DNA of 63,473 bases, filler included, from Octopus bimaculoides (GCF_001194135.2; 8 parts of 7 records of this genome joined end to end with filler, not necessarily neighbours in it), one strand, 5' to 3'; positions 1 to 11,270 are shown, numbered from the whole stretch's first letter. Notes: generated from the sequence alone by a model not told the origin. Translations and numbers: made by a program.

Positions 1-30
1 CCGCGCTCTTAACCACTACGCCTTTTGCCC
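1..30 (-). mobile_element. 5' head of a tRNA-derived SINE, cut by the window edge
   Basis: Minus strand reads GGCGTAGTGGTTAAGAGCGCGG, a Pol III A-box/D-arm-like sequence; the rest lies outside the window. Confidence 0.4.
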
Positions 31-94
31 GTGGGCGAATATGGAGTGAATTTTAGGGCTTATAAATCTAATATTTTCCTATCCTTCCTTAATA

Positions 95-331
95 CTCATA
101 TTTACGCTCAGTCTGCTTAGGAGGTTGTTGTGTCCTAGCATATGTGCTGCTTCTTTTAGTTTTCGTATTTTCCAGTGGTGTTCTCTGTCTATTATTTTAA
201 CTTCATCTCACAGGGGGGAGGTGGTCTCCATTTTTCCATACATGATCAGTTATACTCGATTTATCAATATCTCTTCGTGTCACAGCTTTGCGATGTTCCT
301 CTACCCTTATTTTGAGGGGGCGGCATGTTAA
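95..331 (-). mobile_element. Penelope-like element, GIY-YIG endonuclease C-terminal fragment (frameshifted)
   Basis: TCRPLKIRVEEHRKAVTRRDIDKSSITDHVWKNGDHLP, then after a frameshift DEVKIIDREHHWKIRKLKEAAHML; typical of the PLE GIY-YIG domain. Confidence 0.8.
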
Positions 332-492
332 CAACAAACAAGATGAGGACAAGTATCCGTCAAATGTAAATAATGTACACAATTCCTCATCTCTCAAATA
401 TAGAACAGACTTCATTTGTTGTTTGAGGTTAATTAATAGATTTGCCATTTTGTTTCTCACCTTTGAAACATTAAAACTCTTATACAATCATT

Positions 493-717
493 TATTTCTT
501 TATTACCCGGGGGGGGGGGGCTAAACATAGAGGGAACAAACAAAGGACAAAGGGATTAGGTCGATTACATCGACCCCAGTGCGTAACTGGTACTTATTTA
601 ATCAACCCCGAAAAGATGAAGGATAAAGTCGACCTCGGCAGAATTTGAACTCAGAACGTAACGGCAGACGAAATACTGCTAACCATTCGCCTGGCGTGCA
701 AACGTTTCTGCCAGCTC
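493..717 (-). mobile_element. tRNA-derived SINE family A (Deu/Nin-like central domain), tail type 1
   Basis: A-box-like TGGCAGAAACG, B-box GAGTTCAAATTC, a variant of the CCTTTCATCC...GTCGAT...AAGTACCAG core, tail ending AATAAAGAAATA; close to the copy at 13036-13267. Confidence 0.9.
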
Positions 718-859
718 ATTGAGCTTAATTGCTATTTATTCTCATGAAATCAGTTGAATAAATGAGTTTATTATTAAAAGCACTAATCACCCCTATTAAA
801 TCAAATCAGGATTTTTTTAAACAAAAAGGAAATATTTTATTATTATTATCTAGACCGCC

Positions 860-1683
860 AAAGGCGACGAGCTGACAAGATTGTCAGCACGCAGAGCAAA
901 ATGCTCAGCGGCATTTCGTCCGTCTTTACGTTTTGAATTCAAATGCCTTTTGGGGGATCGATAAAATCAGTACCAGTTGAGCACTGGAGTTGATAATCGA
1001 CTTACTTACCCGCTTCCCCCGATATTGCGGGCCTTGTGCCAAAATTCGAAGCCATTAAGATGGTGAGCTGGCAGAATCATTAGCACGTCGGACAAAATGC
1101 TTAGTGACACTTCGTCTGTCTTTACAGATTGAGTTCAAATTCCGCCGAGGTTAAATTTCCCTTTCATTCTTTTGGGGTCGATGAAATATGTACCAGTTCT
1201 GAACTTTGGTCGATGTAATCGACTGGCTCCCTTCCCCAAAATTCCAGGCCTTGTGCTTATTGTAGAAAGAATTATTAAGGCGGCGAGCTGGCAAAATCGT
1301 TAGTATGCCGGGCAAAATGCTTACCAGCATTTCTTCTGACTTTACGTTCGAAGCCCAAATGACGCCGAAGTGATTTTCATCCTTTCAGGGTCGATAGAAT
1401 CATCGCGCAATGGTGTCGATTTAATCGACTGCCCCACGCCCCAATAGTGTTGAAAGGATTATTACACTTTTGTAAGGTGGTGAGCTTGCAGAATCGTTAG
1501 CGCGTCAGCAAAAAATATCATACGTTATTTGTTCTTGTTCTTAACATTTTAAGTTCACATCCCACCAAGGTCAAATTTGCCTTTCACCCCTTTGGAGTCT
1601 ATAAAATAAAGTACTTGTCAAGAACTGAAGCCGATGGCCGTTCCTCAAAATTGCTGGCCTTGTGCCCGAATCCGAAAGTATTA
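860..1683 (+). mobile_element. Four head-to-tail diverged SINE-A copies (860-1053, 1057-1274, 1277-1463, 1474-1683), tail type 2
   Basis: Each starts AAG(G/A)YG...GAGCTKRC, has a degenerate B-box and core, and ends in a GCCTTGTG...GAA..ATT-type tail (partial in copy 3). Confidence 0.85.
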
Positions 1684-2178
1684 TTTCAATTTTCACTTTA
1701 GCAAAACTATAGCACAAGTTATCTAACACTGATATGAGTTAAAAAAAAAGTCATCCAAGTTTCGCCAGGATTATTGTTACAGAGAATTTATACAAACGGT
1801 TAAGCTGGCATTCATGTACGTTGGCATTCACTCTATTTCACGTTGATAGCTAGTTATTCTCTGTAATAGAATTCATTTTCACATTGTAGCGATTGATATT
1901 TATTTTCATCATGAAATTCGAATGCTTAATTTTAAAAGAATCAAGTTTTACGTTTATGGCACAACGACAAAGAATTGAAAGTATTACATAACGGAAGTAT
2001 CCAATTGTAAAGAAGAAGAAAAAAATTCTTCGTACTGGTTCTTAAAGTTTACCACAAAAGAACTGTGGAATTCATGGAAAATTTTATCATTGAAAATTAT
2101 GACTAAGTATTAACGTGGTAATTTTATGGAAAATTCTATCGTTGAAAATTGATAAAATATCAACGTTTATAAGTAGAT

Positions 2179-2341
2179 AAGGCGAGCTGGCAAAAACGTT
2201 AGCATGCTGAAACGTTAGCACGCCGGGCGAAATTCTTAAGTACCAGTTGCATCTTCATCCTTTCGGGTCGATGAATTAAGTACCAGTTGCGTACTGGGGT
2301 TGATCTAATCGACTGGCCTCCCCCACAAATTTCTAGGCCAT
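2179..2341 (+). mobile_element. SINE-A copy, internally deleted
   Basis: AAGGCGAGCTGGCAAAAACGTTAGC head and CATCCTTTCGGGTCGATGAATTAAGTACCAG core. Confidence 0.85.
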
Positions 2342-2691
2342 CTTTTAGAGGGATTAACCTTCCCTCTCAAACATGTCTGCTAGCTGAGTAATACGATTAA
2401 CAAATAGTAGAATCCCCTTATTTATTTCACTTGACTTTGTGGTAGCTGATCTATCTATCTATTTACATTCACACATGTACACAAAACTGGATTCATAAAA
2501 ATAATTACCATTCGACTCTTCAATGGAACACAAATCTAGTAAAGCAATGACAGCTAACGTATGTACTCTCTCCAGGTGCTAGCTGATCTATATACGTTGG
2601 TCTACCAGCTTATGTCTCTCCTTATGTGCTGGCTGATGTCTACAGACTGGTCATTCAAAGAAATATTTGTATCTATAAAAGTAATTAGCTA

Positions 2692-3247
2692 TCTATATAA
2701 AACACAGGATGTGTGTCTGTCTGTGTGTTTGTCATGTCGTTAAAATTCGAGATCCACCCAACCGATTTTAATGAAATTTTACACATGCATTACGTAGGGT
2801 CCATGGAGTGTCACAGGCCAAAAACAAATTTCAACTTCATGCCTAATGCGGGCCCAGGGGCAGATAAACCGCATTTTTTAAGCATTTTCGCAGCGTCAAG
2901 GCTCGTAACTTGAAGAGCATCCAGTCATTTTCCTCCAAATTTGCAACAAATATTAATCAGGCTCCTCAAATTGCTGTTGACTAAAAATGAAATTCCGACG
3001 CCGACATTGGGCCTCCAAAAATGCAGATTAATCAGATTTGAGTATACTGCACTGAGTTCTGTCTTTGTTTTAGGCCATTTTCCGATGATAAAATATTGAC
3101 ACTACTTGTGCATTATAAGTAGCATATAATATTTCATGAAAACATTTTTGTCCAATTTGGCAGAGGAAATGAGAACATTAAAATTTTTGTCGGAGCCCTG
3201 TTGATGCTTCATGTTACCATCCCGCGCACCACCGGGCCTTATGCTTG
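2692..3247 (+). mobile_element. Non-autonomous Helitron-like element (~556 bp)
   Basis: A|TCTATATAAAAC 5' end followed by a TGTC microsatellite; 3' hairpin CCCG-N8-CGGG (3221-3236), 7-nt spacer, CTTG|T (degenerate CTAG|T); no TSD. Confidence 0.7.
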
Positions 3248-3530
3248 TTTGTGCGGCTGGGTAAAAGCACAACAAACCCATTCATTCATTCTCCAGAAGT
3301 ATCCTGTTGATGTTTCCAATCCTGCGCAATGCAGCATGGTCCGGCAGCATGTCTGCTTTCTATGTCATCCATGTCTGAACTATATAATGCAAAATGTTCA
3401 TACATAAAACAAATTGCTATTGTGATTCACAGCTATTTGAGTTTGACCGCGTGACCACTTCCGGAAGCTACGCTTGCCACCTGCAATTTGTTCCTGTGTT
3501 TCCTCCTCCGTTTAGTCGGACGAGTAAATA

Positions 3531-4019
3531 CAAGGTGTCCCAAAATTAATAATGATTTGAGTGAAATCGGATGCATTTATTTTTAAACTCACTTTTATTT
3601 ATGTTTATCATGTTTAATATGTGTTAAAAGTGTATAAATTTTGAATTTTGTTTATAATTTTACTTCCATTCCTGTTGGACCCCTCTTATTTGTTCATAAC
3701 AGCTTTTTTTTTTCAGTTTGGCAGCAATCATTTTCTTTACCTCCATCCCCAAGATGGAGCAATTGTTTAGCTGAGTTTAAAGAACATATTCAGTTAGCAG
3801 TGCAGGAGCTAACTCCTGAAATGCTTCAAAATATGTTTCACAACGCTAAGGAGAGATCTGAAGTATGCAGGGATACAGACATGCTGAAAATTTTCAATAA
3901 AAGTTTGACGTAAGATTTATAAATCTGTCTCTTTCAGTAATAAGCATAAAATTCAGTCAGTTTTTTTTTTTAATTTGCTCAATTTCATTGAAACAGATAG
4001 TTAATTATGGAACACCCTG
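3531..4019 (+). mobile_element. Tc1/mariner-derived MITE with a transposase C-terminal remnant
   Basis: TA flanks; TIRs CAAGGTGTCCCAAAATTAA / CAGGGTGTTCCATAATTAA; remnant LAEFKEHIQLAVQELTPEMLQNMFHNAKERSEVCR. Confidence 0.85.
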
Positions 4020-4156
4020 TATAGTGTAGCATCGTTAGTTGTGGAGTTGTTCGAGTAAATATTAAAATCAAAGGTCTTCTCACCATAAACATCCCATCTT
4101 TTTGTTAAGCATATTGTATCAAGGAGTATATTATCGAAAATGTATCTCTCCTTTAT

Positions 4157-4280
4157 AGGCATGGCTGTGTGGTTTAGAAGCTTGCTTTCCAACCATGTCG
4201 CCTTGGGTTCAGTCCCGCTGTGCGGCACGTTGGGCAATTCGCTTTCATTACAGCTCCGTGCCGACCAAAGACTTGTGAAT
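4157..4280 (+). mobile_element. tRNA-derived SINE family B (CORE-like), 5' part
   Basis: GGCATGGCTGTGTGGTT head, GGTTCAGTCCC B-box, GGCACGTTGGGCAA CORE-like motif. Confidence 0.8.
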
Positions 4281-4450
4281 TATATAATTACCATTATTGT
4301 ATTGATATATAAAGTAACACATACATCTCACTTATTATTGTGATATAATAAACAAACAAAAGTTCATGTATGAAATTGATCTTTTTTCTACTTCACTTGT
4401 TACATGTCTTTTTTTTTTCTTATAAAAGACACACATACAGGAGGAGCAAA

Positions 4451-4534
4451 TCTCTATATATAATAACACTTTGAATGTGGCTCCCGAGAAAGAGTAAAAG
4501 TAATTACCCGATCAACGACGGGTATTACTGCTAG
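4451..4534 (+). mobile_element. Minimal 84-bp Helitron-like element
   Basis: A|TCTCTATATATAATAAC 5' end; hairpin TACCCG-N8-CGGGTA (4505-4524); 6-nt spacer; CTAG|T end. Confidence 0.75.
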
Positions 4535-5026
4535 TAATTCTATAAAATAGCCAAGTTTTTAATCTGAAGATCATTTTACAACGCGTAGAACAAGTTCTGC
4601 ACTTGTGTAACCGGCCCTGATGCATGTGTATTTATTGATATGGATCTGAGTCAGCATATTTTATTCGTTTATAACTACGTGGCTATTGACTCCCAAGTCA
4701 TTAAGACAGTGCATGCATTATAATCAAATACGTCTCTGTTAATTAGTAAGGAAATTATGACCCGATAATTCAAGGAGGAGGAAATACTTTCGTGTCGTGT
4801 TTGATGTTGCTTTGTCCCAGGCGTTCCAGTCGTGACCATCCCATCGTATTTTAAAATATAGTGCATTTAAGGACTACAAAATTCTAATAAGTACTTTCTT
4901 TTACTGAGGTATTAGGGAGTGATTTGAGGCGGGTTTGGTTACGATTTCTTGCATGGTGCATGACCATATAAATAATCCTTTGTTTGCAGATTTTCACATC
5001 CTTGGAAATAGTGTGTATGTGTGTGT

Positions 5027-5099
5027 GTCTACTGATGAGCGTAAATGTACTGGCCTCTAGTACGTCATCTTAGCTAGTTGAAACAAAGCTATCTTAGAT
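5027..5099 (+). ncRNA. Degenerate hammerhead-ribozyme-like motif (probably inactive)
   Basis: CTGATGA 5032-5038, inner hairpin GTACT/AGTAC, GAAAC 5080-5084, GTCTA/TAGAT stem-I-like pairing; stem II closure and stem III are mismatched. Confidence 0.3.
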
Positions 5100-6165
5100 G
5101 GGCATTCATCTCACAAAAGTATTGACCGCACAAGACCGGTGTACGGCAGAATATGGCAGTGACTGACAAAATGAAAAGCAATATTTTCTTAGGTCATTTT
5201 TCCTTCAGAGTTCAAATCCTCCCTCTGCACATCGAATATGTATTTCAACCACAACAAATGGATCTCTGTTTTCTCTTCCTCGCTAAAGAACCTGTAACCC
5301 GAAGCGTTGACCTCATCCTTTTCTCATGATAATGACATTTTCATGAATTAATTGGAATTACAATAAGTACCAGTGTGTTGAATTAATCGAATTTTCTTTT
5401 TCTCAATAATTGATGGTTTTGTTCTTTTGTCAGAATTATTCCAGGACGAATCCTCTATAACTGGCTGTTCATCATTGTTTAGTGATTTGATTTTTATGTC
5501 TATTTTCCACCACCTTTTAAATTTTAACTATGAAAATTCTGAAAGTATTTTATTGCAACATTTGAACTGCAGTTCTTACAATCATAATCCAAAAATGCTG
5601 TGCAACAGATTTCTTTGTCAGTTGTAAAATAATGGCGCATAAAGTCAATTACAGCCTTCTTAAACTACTCTCTGACACGCGGTGGTTCTCAGTTACCCTC
5701 TCTGTCTATGATCATTGAATGTCTAATATGCTGTGTAATATGTGAAGATCTAGTTTTTGTAGATACGTAGTGTTGTAATATAATGTCTCTATTTCTATTT
5801 CTAGTTCAATATTACACAACCATATTTTATAGCTGTTGCAGCAAATGTGCTGCATTCGTAATGTTCTTGCTATTCAAATGAGTTTTCAAGATTTATTTTT
5901 TATCGATTCTTTCAAATGACGTTTTTCTCATTCTCATACCTTTCGCAGTTTTGAGCTCTGATCCACGCCTAAATACCCATAAACATTTAGATTTATCAAG
6001 TTCCTGTGTTATTTCTGTTGCTTACTATTGTAAATAATAAGTCTGATCTGTGAAAGTGTGCATCGTTCCGTAGTCAATTTAATTTTTATTCGGCCCGGTA
6101 TAGAGCAGCAACAGATATAAGAATCTACGCACAAACGAATACATATTGATTGGCACTCACATCTG

Positions 6166-6166
<1 letters not shown>

Positions 6167-6250
<84 letters not shown>

Positions 6251-6261
6251 CACACACACAC
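6167..6261. repeat. (CA)n microsatellite
   Basis: Near-perfect AC run; a (TG)n(AG)n tract follows at ~6373-6432. Confidence 0.98.
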
Positions 6262-6376
6262 ATCAACGTACACAAATATGAGTGTATGTATTCACACACA
6301 CATAAACTTTAGTATACAGAAACACTGAGTGATTATGACTTAGAAGTTTGGCTGTCGACAGCTCATGTTTCTGTGT

Positions 6377-6434
<58 letters not shown>

Positions 6435-6899
6435 AAGAAAGAGTGTCTGTGTGTTTGCGTGTGTGTTTATACATACGTACAAACAATTATGTAAATATGT
6501 ATGTATTTACGTAAATGGTTATATATGTGAGCACACACATTCATTCATATCTATGTAAGTTGTAGTCATTGTCATTTTCTCGGGATGGAGGGCGACTGTT
6601 CCCCAGGTTTAACCTTCACGAACATATTCCATTTAACCGAATAGCTGAATCAGGCTTCTGATTGTTGGCAAATATTGCTGAAAGACTTGTGTGTGTATAT
6701 TAGTCACATTCTATAATATGTGCCCGTTAAAATTTCATTAATTGCTTAAATGTTTTCCATGTGCTAGGAATGAATTGTGGGTTGATTACTTTTGTGTTCG
6801 AGTCACTTCACGTTTTCGCTCATTTGCTTAATAGTCACCAAACGACCGCTTCTGATAGCTATTTAGTTAGCATAATGCCACTGTTATGTGTTTCTCAGA

Positions 6900-6950
6900 A
6901 AATGGCTGACGACGCTGGTCGTTTCTATGCTTAGCAGAAACTAGAACATT
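6900..6950 (+). ncRNA. Degenerate minimal hammerhead-like motif
   Basis: CTGACGA 6906-6912, GCTGG/TTAGC stem II, GAAA-CTAG palindromic mini stem III, AATG/CATT stem I; cleavage triplet not canonical. Confidence 0.3.
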
Positions 6951-7135
6951 ACACGGCTCATTAATAGGTCGTTATATATTCATCAGTTTTGTGTAATATA
7001 TTTTGGGTTCTCAAATTTTGTTCCATGTTTTATAGTAGAATATAAAGCATTAAAGTATTCCATTTACCATATATTCTTTATCGAGTATGTTTGTTAGAAT
7101 TTGTTCAAGTGGATTGTGATGAGTTAAGTTAAAGT

Positions 7136-7317
7136 TTAGACAGTCACGTGACAATTTGCTGGGGCTGCTTGCTGGAGCCTAGCAGCGGGAAGTTTAGACA
7201 GTATCATGTGACAACTTGCTGGGGCTGCCTACTGGACCCTAGTAGCGGGAAATTTAGACAGTGTCACGTGACAACTTGCTGGGGCAGCCTGCTGGAGCCT
7301 AGCAGCAGGTATAAAAA
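7136..7317 (+). promoter_or_regulatory. Three tandem 58-60 bp units with E-boxes, ending in TATAAAAA
   Basis: Units start at 7136, 7194, 7254; GTCACGTGAC at 7143-7152 and 7263-7272, CATGTG in unit 2; TATA at 7310-7317. The repeat is certain, the function is inferred. Confidence 0.55.
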
Positions 7318-7594
7318 GGGGAATTTGACATGACAGTCAGTCGGACGCTGACACTCGTTGATGCTGCATCGAAGAGGCCATGGAATAGAAGAAAGAAGAC
7401 ATGCACCCAACACCAGAGCTGAAGACGCCTCCGAAAGGGGGGGGGGGCGCCACGTCAAAATGGTAGAGGAGTAGGGGCCGAAACCGGACGTGGTTCCTCC
7501 TGATGATGTCTTGAGCTAACTGGATCCTATAAAAGGAGCTGTTGTAGTAGCAGACCACGAAACATGGTTGAAATTCCTCCTTAGGGAACAATGA

Positions 7595-8013
7595 AACCGA
7601 TCGGTTCGGGATGGAAATACTGAGCAGCTTTCAGAGATCTTCTTTACTCAACGTAACTTCAACATACTCCTCCATATAGTGGCAGGTGTCAAAATGTTCA
7701 AATGATGTTACATTAAATAGCTCCAAGATGGTTGTTCAGTCTTCTATCACACCAAGAGATTCCATTGAGAGGCAGTTGAATCTTTTGAGCTTCTCCAGAT
7801 CTTCAGTGACATTCTTTAAGGCATACATTCAAAGCAGCTTCAGGACGTTCAGCCACATGGTAGTATTTTCTCCAGAGACAGTTGTATGTGCTAAATGTGG
7901 ACATTTCATTTGGGCTTGATGAGGCTATGATTAGTCCAGCAGTCGGTACTATAAATGGCCTTGGTCAACCAAATGTCTTGCCTCTCTTCTCAATGATGGC
8001 ATAATCGATAATA
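7595..8013 (-). mobile_element. Decayed RTE (BovB-like) LINE, end of the APE endonuclease and linker
   Basis: IDYAII...RQDIWLTKAIYSTDCWTNHSLIKPK...LNVLKL, matching RTE IDYVIV..RQDVxVTKAMxGAxCWTDHRL; many stops and frameshifts. Confidence 0.7.
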
Positions 8014-8015
8014 TA

Positions 8016-8896
8016 CAGGGTGTCCACAAAGTCTGGGTACATGGGATTAACACATACTTTAAGAAAGTATTGTTTCTTACATTTAATTGTTTATGTTATG
8101 ATTTTATTTACTCCATGTATCCACATGGAGATTGTTGTGGTTGACACGCCGTCGCTTACGACGTCGAGGGTTCCAGTTGATCCGATCAACGGAATGGCCT
8201 GCTCGTGAAATTAACGTGCAAGTGACTGAGCACTCCACAGACACGTGTACCCTTAACGTAGTTCTCGGGGATATTCAGTGTGACAAGGCTGACCCTTTGA
8301 ATTACAGGTACAACAGAAACAGGAAGTAAGAATGAGAGAAAGTTCTGGTGGAAGAGTACAGCAGGGTTCTCCACCATCCCCTGCCGGAGCCTCGTGGAGC
8401 TTTAGGTGTTTTCGCTCAATAAACACCCACAACGCCCGGNNNNNNNNNNGTTCCAGTTGATCCGATCAACGGAATGGCCTGCTCGTGAAATTAACGTGCA
8501 AGTGACTGAGCACTCCACAGACACGTGTACCCTTAACGTAGTTCTCGGGGATATTCAGTGTGACAAGGCTGACCCTTTGAATTACAGGTACAACAGAAAC
8601 AGGAAGTAAGAATGAGAGAAAGTTCTGGTGGAAGAGTACAGCAGGGTTCTCCACCATCCCCTGCCGGAGCCTCGTGGAGCTTTAGGTGTTTTCGCTCAAT
8701 AAACACCCACAACGCCCGGTCTGGGAATCGAAACCGCGATCCTATGACCCCAAGTCCGCTGCCCTAACCACTGGGCCATTGCGCCTCCACACACATGGGG
8801 ATTAACACATACTTTAAGAAATTATTATTTCTTATACTTAATTGTTTATGTTATGATTTTATTTACTCCATGTACCCAGACCTTGTGGACACTCTG
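8016..8896. mobile_element. Tc1/mariner MITE carrying an inserted SINE
   Basis: TA flanks (8014-8015, 8897-8898); 29-bp TIRs 8016-8044 and 8868-8896 with 2 mismatches. Confidence 0.9.
8133..8788 (-). mobile_element. tRNA-derived SINE family D (one copy; 8170-8439 repeated at 8450-8719 across an N gap)
   Basis: Head GGAGGCGCAATGGCCCAGTGGTTAGGGC...GGTTTCGATTCCC with A and B boxes; the same body recurs at 49790-50005 and 50895-51120. Confidence 0.9.
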
Positions 8897-8898
8897 TA

Positions 8899-9400
8899 CA
8901 TGTATTTAGAGTCGGGGTGCATCTATGACATCCTATCATGATGCTGGACTGAGGGAGAAACGATATTTATGATAATCAGCTCATACACTGCGCATATTCT
9001 TAACAACTGAAAGCCATTGTTGTTTCAATTTTCGATTGTGTTCTTCCGATAACTTTCCATTAGTTGTTTCAGTCAAACTATGTTGAGATCACCGAGAACA
9101 TCAAACCTATTTTACTTTGTTGCAGTCCTGATAAGGGTGTCTAGTTTTTCACAGACAGGCCTGGAAGCAATCGATGATCAGGTCTAAAGCGATTAGCCGT
9201 GCTCTTAACATTCCGCAATGCTTACTAAAGCTACAATTTTTATTGTCGGACTCATTAATGGTCTTGTCCACTCAACCCACTGAACTCACTCTTCACATTG
9301 GAGGGTAGATACACTAATTCAACGATATTTTGAGATCCAGCGACTATCCTCGTCTAGTTTAGTCCGCCTTTTAAAACAGTTTAGCAGTGTGCAATCACTG
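8899..9400 (-). mobile_element. Upstream part of the same decayed RTE endonuclease
   Basis: VLGDLNI, NNGFQLLRICAVYELII and MHPDSKY resemble RTE LLGDFNARVG, NGLLLLxxCxEHxLxITN and WMHPRSKHW; joins IDYAII across the MITE. Confidence 0.65.
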
Positions 9401-10312
9401 CGCATGCTACAACTTGTAGTCACTAAAGAGAGCTGAGTGCTGAACGGGGGCCAAAGGTGAGAAACTTATTCTCATGGAAATATTGCCGATACGTCCGAAA
9501 AACGGCTACACAAGCCTAAATAGCTCATATATTCCTTAAAAAATTTTTTTGTACATAGTGTATCAAGGACATTAACTAATTAACCCTCTCTTTTTAAGAC
9601 AGCGTTGCCTTGAGGAAGATTTACCTGTTAATTTTATTAAGTCGAGCAACAAAGTAGAGACTAGGTTGAGAAACGTTGTTTGTGAGCACTAAAACAAAGA
9701 ATATTTCTCTGCAAGACATTCGTCTGACCAAGACTAATCATGTGACTTTGATGTCCTTTCTTTCTTTCTTTTTTCCTGGAGAGGGATGCATTATTTTATG
9801 GATTAACGATTAAAGTAGCTGACATGTTGGTATGGTTTATTTCTAAAATCCAGTTAGCTAAAGTTCCATATCAAACACCGTTTTTGGATTATGTACTTTT
9901 ACCTCGTAAATCATATTTTCACCGCAAACTTTGGTCTAAGTGGTGCTTATCATGAGAACGCTAGATAGTGATCATACACTCGGATTTTTTTTATGTTCCC
10001 GTCTATACTAAATTACGATCACTATTTTCCGAACTACTTTGCCTGCAGTCTCCACTTTCTCTTTTTTTTTGTTTCTACATTTATATTTCTTTCCTTTTTT
10101 CTTTGCCTCCATTTCTCTTTATCTCTTTATCCCTGTATTTTCTCTTCATTTTTACACCAAACTATATACATGAAAGTCAGGGAATACGTTTTTTTTTTCT
10201 GCTAAGAGATTCATTGCACTTATCCATCACGTTCCACTTATACAGTAAGAGAAGACATAAAAGTCTCACGAATATTACTACCACACACACGTCTAATATA
10301 TATATATATATA

Positions 10313-10344
<32 letters not shown>

Positions 10345-10579
10345 TATACATACACATGCACATCTGTATACACACGCGCATGCATATGCATTTATGTACG
10401 TATACATATACATAATACATAGATACTCTTTCTCACACACACAGCCACACAAATAATCAATGAATTATAATGCCGACCAAAACTTAATAGAATACTTTGA
10501 TATGTTGATGTTTGCGTCAATCGTCTTTGAAACAGTTGCTATATGTATCTTTGATTAACTTTGATTAAATTTGATAGGT

Positions 10580-11270
10580 TTCGGCCAGTATAGACCCAAG
10601 CCATGTCTAATTTAATAGCACCACCTGGTGAAGTCTTTTAGTCATATATGGGGTACTATGGCCCACTCTAGCAAAGAGTTATTATTGTTGGAGATATATC
10701 CGGGTGTAGGAGGTTGGTCCGGGATTTCTTTGAGAAATTTGTCCAGAGAACTTTTGAATTTTGTGGGATCCGTTTCCGGTTTGACATATTTTGGCATGGT
10801 ATTAAAGAGAGCTGGACTGGTTGAGGTAAAGTAGTTGTGTCGTAATGTTGTTATGTGTTTTAAGTTCGATTTTTGTAGTGGGCAGATAGCACAGTGGCCA
10901 AGTCTTGAGTGGATTTTAAAATTGATGCCAACATCATTTGTGCAATATTGATGGAATATTCTCCACATCACACAAATGATGTAGCGCTCCCGANNNNNNN
11001 NNNATATTCTCCACATCACACAAATGATGTAGCGCTCCCGACGGCGCTGGAGAGAGAAGGGACTGAGTTTTTCTTTATTCGACCCCAATAGTCGGTGCCT
11101 CTAATGCCGTCTATCTTGTTAGAGATCTCTGGAGTGTTTCCACTTTCATAAGTTGTTTCGTGTGGGGAGACCACAGTGGACAGAAGTATTCAAGGTGGGG
11201 TCGCGCAAAAGTAGAGTAGAGAAGAATGAAAGTGTGGGCATCTCTGGACCGGAAGTTCTCAGAATCCATC
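10580..11270 (-). mobile_element. CR1-like LINE 3' fragment (post-RT C-terminus plus 3' UTR)
   Basis: RPHLEYFCPLWSPH, SLQRRRERYII, FKSSLDKFLKEIPDQPPTPGY; small artefactual duplication at the 10994-11003 gap. Confidence 0.85.

Noticed and set aside
7136-7308. CRISPR-like appearance of this array and of 58529-58630
   Set aside because: Contiguous tandem units with no unique spacers, no cas genes, eukaryotic context.
7115-7590. Firm solo-LTR call
   Set aside because: TG...CA ends exist, but I found no matching 4-6 bp TSD or clear poly(A) signal; kept only as a hypothesis.
8170-8719. Apparent tandem duplication of SINE-D
   Set aside because: Exact copies on either side of a 10-N gap indicate unmerged contig overlap; the same applies at 10994-11003 and 58895-58904.
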